The notes beneath the pieces are model-generated. The model saw only the letters and a program-made list of their open reading frames with translations, ran no database searches and was not told the origin of the DNA. The position numbers were made by a program, and so were the translations under genes. A stretch of DNA of 32,000 nt from Aquifex aeolicus VF5 (GTDB lineage: Bacteria; Aquificota; Aquificia; Aquificales; Aquificaceae): positions 1,050,001 to 1,082,000 of the forward strand of contig NC_000918.1 in NCBI RefSeq assembly GCF_000008625.1, given 5' to 3'. Positions 28,019-32,000 of this stretch are shown piece by piece; within the stretch, counting starts at the first letter, position 1; every line of letters starts with the position of its first letter.

Positions 28019-28513
28019 ATGGTAACAGAAGTAAAGAAAAAGCTTTCTAAAGAGGAAAAGAAGAGACTCCTGAAACTCCTGACCTATGAAAAAGTGAACG
28101 GGAAACCAATATACTACAGGGATTACAGAAAGGTTCTTAGAGGGGAGCTACCACCAGGGGCGGTAATGGGAAGTAGCGGATTGCAGGCTTTCTTAATAAT
28201 ACTTTTAATCAAGTTTTTATTAAATAAACTCGACGATAAAAAATTTATACTTCTTTCAAACGAACTCAGCTTCTTATACAAAAAAGGTTCTTGGAGGAAC
28301 TTAGACATAGCGATATTTGAAAAAACTCAGGAATTATTGGACACAGGAGTAGAAAAAGTAATATGGATTTTCACAAAACCTAAAAAAGTAATGATTGTAG
28401 AAAAGGGAAAAAAGTGGATAATTCAGGATTGGAATGAAGAATTTGAAGTAATGGAAGGAATAAAAATAAACCTAAATGAAATTTTAAAGGAATACAATAA
28501 GGAGGTCTCGTAG
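28019..28513 (+). CDS. Uma2-like (DUF820) protein, apparently lacking the catalytic core segment
   Basis: YRDYRKVLRGEL…GSSGLQAFLIILLIKFLLNKLDDKKFILLSNELSFLYKKGSWRNLDIAIFEK followed directly by TQELLDTGVEKVIWIFTKPKKVMIV. Confidence 0.5.
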   Translation: MVTEVKKKLSKEEKKRLLKLLTYEKVNGKPIYYRDYRKVLRGELPPGAVMGSSGLQAFLIILLIKFLLNKLDDKKFILLSNELSFLYKKGSWRNLDIAIFEKTQELLDTGVEKVIWIFTKPKKVMIVEKGKKWIIQDWNEEFEVMEGIKINLNEILKEYNKEVS

Positions 28514-29931
28514 TGTTCAATAAAGTTCTCGTGGCAAACAGAGGAGAAATAGCGGTAAGGATAATAAGGGCTTGTAAGGAACTCGGTATTCCGACGGTGG
28601 CAATATACAACGAGGTTGAATCCACCGCAAGGCACGTAAAGCTCGCGGATGAAGCCTACATGATAGGGACGGACCCGTTAGACACTTACCTCAACAAACA
28701 GAGGATTATAAACCTTGCCCTTGAAGTTGGAGCGGACGCAATTCACCCGGGATACGGATTTTTGGCAGAAAATGCAGAATTCGCCAAAATGTGCGAGGAA
28801 GCCGGGATAACCTTCATAGGTCCCCACTGGAAAGTAATAGAACTTATGGGAGACAAAGCCCGCTCAAAGGAAGTTATGAAAAAAGCGGGTGTCCCGGTAG
28901 TCCCCGGCTCAGACGGAGTTTTAAAGAGCCTAGAAGAGGCAAAAGCTTTAGCGAGGGAAATCGGATATCCCGTTCTCCTCAAGGCAACCGCGGGCGGTGG
29001 TGGTAGAGGAATAAGGATATGTAGAAACGAGGAAGAACTCGTCAAAAACTACGAGCAGGCGTCAAGGGAGGCGGAAAAAGCCTTCGGAAGGGGAGACCTT
29101 TTACTCGAAAAGTTCATAGAAAACCCAAAGCACATAGAGTATCAGGTTCTTGGAGACAAGCACGGGAACGTAATACACCTCGGTGAAAGAGATTGTTCAA
29201 TACAGAGGAGAAATCAAAAGCTCGTAGAAATAGCACCCTCTCTTATCCTTACTCCAGAAAAGAGGGAGTACTACGGAAACATAGTCACGAAAGCCGCAAA
29301 GGAAATAGGCTACTACAACGCAGGAACTATGGAGTTCATAGCGGATCAGGAAGGAAACCTTTACTTCATAGAGATGAACACGAGAATACAGGTTGAGCAC
29401 CCCGTAAGCGAAATGGTTACGGGCATAGACATAGTAAAGTGGCAGATAAAGATAGCAGCCGGAGAACCTCTTACCATTAAACAAGAAGACGTTAAGTTCA
29501 ACGGATACGCCATAGAGTGCAGAATAAACGCCGAGGACCCCAAAAAGAACTTTGCCCCCTCCACGGGAGTAATTGAAAGGTACTACGTTCCCGGAGGTTT
29601 CGGAATAAGAGTTGAACATGCTGCTGCAAGAGGTTTTGAAGTTACCCCCTACTACGACTCCATGATTGCAAAACTTATAACCTGGGCACCCACTTGGGAT
29701 GAAGCGGTAGAGAGAATGAGAGCAGTTCTTGAGACTTATGAAATAACCGGCGTAAAAACGACTATACCTCTACTCATAAACATAATGAAAGAAAAGGACT
29801 TCAAAGCCGGAAAGTTTACGACAAAGTATTTAGAAGAACACCCTGAAGTATTTGAGTACGAAGAACACAAGGACAAGGAGGATTTTGCGGCACTAATTTC
29901 TGCGGCTATAGCCGCTTACCACGGTTTATAA
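28513..29931 (+). CDS. Biotin carboxylase subunit; probable 2-oxoglutarate carboxylase small subunit (CfiB) or pyruvate carboxylase subunit A
   Basis: NKVLVANRGEIAVRIIRACKELGIPTVAIYNE…KATAGGGGRGIR…YFIEMNTRIQVEHPVSEMVTGIDIVKWQI…YDSMIAKLI. Confidence 0.93.
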   Translation: MFNKVLVANRGEIAVRIIRACKELGIPTVAIYNEVESTARHVKLADEAYMIGTDPLDTYLNKQRIINLALEVGADAIHPGYGFLAENAEFAKMCEEAGITFIGPHWKVIELMGDKARSKEVMKKAGVPVVPGSDGVLKSLEEAKALAREIGYPVLLKATAGGGGRGIRICRNEEELVKNYEQASREAEKAFGRGDLLLEKFIENPKHIEYQVLGDKHGNVIHLGERDCSIQRRNQKLVEIAPSLILTPEKREYYGNIVTKAAKEIGYYNAGTMEFIADQEGNLYFIEMNTRIQVEHPVSEMVTGIDIVKWQIKIAAGEPLTIKQEDVKFNGYAIECRINAEDPKKNFAPSTGVIERYYVPGGFGIRVEHAAARGFEVTPYYDSMIAKLITWAPTWDEAVERMRAVLETYEITGVKTTIPLLINIMKEKDFKAGKFTTKYLEEHPEVFEYEEHKDKEDFAALISAAIAAYHGL

Positions 29932-29954
29932 AAACTTTAAAGGAGGTAATATAG

Positions 29955-31922
29955 ATGGTAGTAAACCCGGAGGTTATAGAAGAAGTCAAGGAGAAAATTA
30001 AGGAAGTTAAGAATAAGGGCTTTAAGAAGAAGATATTAATTACCGACCTCACGCCAAGAGACGGACAGCAGTGCAAACTCGCTACCCGTGTGAGAACCGA
30101 GGACCTCCTCCCCTTATGCGAAGCCTTAGACAAGTGCGGATTTTACGCGGTAGAAGTCTGGGGAGGAGCTACGTACGACGTTTGCCTGAGATACCTCAAA
30201 GAGGACCCATGGGAAAGGCTAAGGAGAATAAAGGAAGTAATGCCCAACACCAAACTCCAGATGCTCTTCAGGGGACAGAACATAGTCGGTTACAAACCCA
30301 GAAGCGACTATGTAGTTAAGAAGTTCGTTGAAAAGGCTATAGAAAATGGAATAACCGTTTTCAGAGTGTTTGACTCTCTCAACGACAACAGGAATATAGA
30401 AACCGCTGTTAAAGCTATAAAGGAATTCGGCGGAGAAGTTCACGCTGAAATCTCCTACACCAGAAGTCCCATACACACTTACGAGCTCTGGATGAGGTAT
30501 GCTCAGGAACTGGCGGAAATGGAACCCGACTGGATATCCTTTAAGGATGCAACGGGGATAATGCAACCCTTTGAATGTTACCAGATAATCAAGGGAATAA
30601 AGGAAGTAACGGGAGGAAAGATACCAGTTCTCCTTCACAACCACGACATGAGCGGAATGGCGACCATGAACCACATAATGGCTGTTCTCGCAGGCGTCGA
30701 TATGCTGGACACAGTACTTTCACCCTTAGCGTTCGGTTCATCTCACCCTGCAACCGAGACCATAATCGCAGCGCTTGAAGGAACACCTTACGACACGGGA
30801 CTTGACCTTCAAAAGGTTTCGGAAGCTGCGGAAATAGCTAAGAAGATTAAGAAGAAGTACAAGAAGTATGAAACGGAATACGCGGGAGTTAACGCAAAAG
30901 TTCTCATACACAAGATACCCGGTGGAATGATATCCAACATGGTTGCACAACTGATGGAGGCAAACGCACTCGACAAGATAGAAGAAGCACTAGAAGAAGT
31001 TCCGAGAGTAGAAAAAGACCTTGGATACCCACCGTTGCTAACACCTTCTTCACAAATAGTCGGTGTTCAGGCGGTTCTGAACGTAATCACGGGAGAAAGG
31101 TACAAAGTAATCACAAAAGAAGTGAGAGATTACGTAGAAGGAAAGTATGGAAGACCGCCCGGACCAATATCCAAGGAACTCGTTGAAAAGATACTCGGTC
31201 CCGGAAAAGAACCGGACTTCTCCAAGAGGGCTGCCGACTACGCCGATCCCCACGAATGGGACAAGGCTAAGAAGGAACTCGAAGAGCTCTTCAAAAGAGA
31301 ACCCACAGACGAAGAAGTACTCCTCTACATACTCTTCCCCATGCAGGCAAAAGAGTTCTTTGAACTCAGGGAAAAGGGAGAACTCCATCCAGAACCCGTG
31401 GAAGCGGAACTCCCGGAAGTTGCAGAAACGAAGCCCGGAGAAGTTCCCGGCGCTGCACCCGTAGAGTTTGAACTCACATACCACGGTGAGAAGTTCAAGG
31501 TAAGGATAGAAGGCGTTTCCGTGGACGCAGAAAGCGGAAAACCCAGGAAGTACTACGTAAGGATAAACAACAGACTTGAAGAAATACAGTTAAAGCCTTT
31601 TAAGGAAGCGATACCCCAGGGTGGCGGTGCCCAAACAGTTCAGAGTGCGGAAGAAGAAGAGGGAATTCCCAAGGCTACGGAACCCGGAGACGTTACACCG
31701 CCCATGCCCGGTAAGGTTGTGAAGATACTCGTAAAAGAAGGAGAACCTGTTCAGCAGGGACAAACCGTTGCAACCGTTGAAGCAATGAAGATGGAAAACG
31801 AAGTCCATGCACCCATAGACGGAATAGTTAAGAAGATATTCGCAAAACCCGGAGACCAAGTTAACCCAGATCAAGCGATAATGAGAATAGTCCCCCACAA
31901 AGAAGATAAGAGCTATCAATAA
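29955..31922 (+). CDS. Carboxyltransferase + biotinyl domain protein; probable 2-oxoglutarate carboxylase large subunit (CfiA)/PycB-like
   Basis: HMGL-like TIM barrel (ITDLTPRDGQQCKLATRVR…FRVFDSLND…WISFKDATGIMQPFE), conserved C-terminal domain, biotinyl motif VEAMKMENEV. Confidence 0.9.
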   Translation: MVVNPEVIEEVKEKIKEVKNKGFKKKILITDLTPRDGQQCKLATRVRTEDLLPLCEALDKCGFYAVEVWGGATYDVCLRYLKEDPWERLRRIKEVMPNTKLQMLFRGQNIVGYKPRSDYVVKKFVEKAIENGITVFRVFDSLNDNRNIETAVKAIKEFGGEVHAEISYTRSPIHTYELWMRYAQELAEMEPDWISFKDATGIMQPFECYQIIKGIKEVTGGKIPVLLHNHDMSGMATMNHIMAVLAGVDMLDTVLSPLAFGSSHPATETIIAALEGTPYDTGLDLQKVSEAAEIAKKIKKKYKKYETEYAGVNAKVLIHKIPGGMISNMVAQLMEANALDKIEEALEEVPRVEKDLGYPPLLTPSSQIVGVQAVLNVITGERYKVITKEVRDYVEGKYGRPPGPISKELVEKILGPGKEPDFSKRAADYADPHEWDKAKKELEELFKREPTDEEVLLYILFPMQAKEFFELREKGELHPEPVEAELPEVAETKPGEVPGAAPVEFELTYHGEKFKVRIEGVSVDAESGKPRKYYVRINNRLEEIQLKPFKEAIPQGGGAQTVQSAEEEEGIPKATEPGDVTPPMPGKVVKILVKEGEPVQQGQTVATVEAMKMENEVHAPIDGIVKKIFAKPGDQVNPDQAIMRIVPHKEDKSYQ

Positions 31923-32000
31923 GCTTTCCTTTTTCCCTTCTTTTTCTTTTAAAATTTTTAAAATGGAGTATTGCAGAGATTTATCTGAAAAACTCAGGGA

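Noticed and set aside
29197-31484. Several 60-150 aa antisense ORFs in the biotin carboxylase and carboxyltransferase genes
   Set aside because: Tyr/Val/Phe-rich shadow ORFs mirroring highly conserved coding DNA; no family signature.
31923-31960. Pyrimidine-rich stretch after the biotinyl-subunit gene as intrinsic terminator
   Set aside because: T-rich tract present but no convincing GC-rich stem immediately before it.
1-32000. CRISPR array, transposon or defence island
   Set aside because: No regularly spaced repeats, transposase/integrase, or defence gene cluster seen on reading both strands; the only clear selfish element is the nrdB intein.

Overview
This is a dense, mostly single-copy bacterial chromosomal window. 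From protein recognition I infer Aquifex aeolicus or a very close relative; this was not database-checked. Contents in order: 3' end of dnaB, tRNA-Asn(GTT) with a near-consensus promoter, gspC/gspE-like genes, a coiled-coil protein and a ChaN-like protein. A ~9.6 kb minus-strand block follows (dnaG-rpoD-trmD-rpsA-HU/IHF-kinase-lolA-GNAT-DUF2391-like-CDP-alcohol transferase-ybaB-recR). Next come a 4HBT thioesterase, an MGMT-like gene, a Cys-rich miniprotein, a ROK kinase, ruvX, a DUF2892-like protein, superoxide dismutase, a lipoprotein, an O-antigen-ligase-like protein and KtrA/TrkH K+ transport genes. Then a class I RNR small subunit interrupted by an intein, an O-methyltransferase, a DUF58 protein, an Opp/Dpp permease and an IclR regulator. 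The last block is icd-osmC-(Uma2-like)-biotin carboxylase-carboxyltransferase/biotinyl subunit, probably a reductive-TCA 2-oxoglutarate carboxylase cluster. No CRISPR, phage or IS element is supported. The items most worth a second look are: the nrdB intein, which has a noncanonical Gly-Asn C-terminus and splits the metal-binding ExxH motif; the icd-linked carboxylase with an atypical active-site signature; a Uma2-like ORF that appears to lack its catalytic core, sits beside a 10-codon mini-ORF and has an echoed RBS; and apparently leaderless divergent starts for dnaG and the thioesterase.
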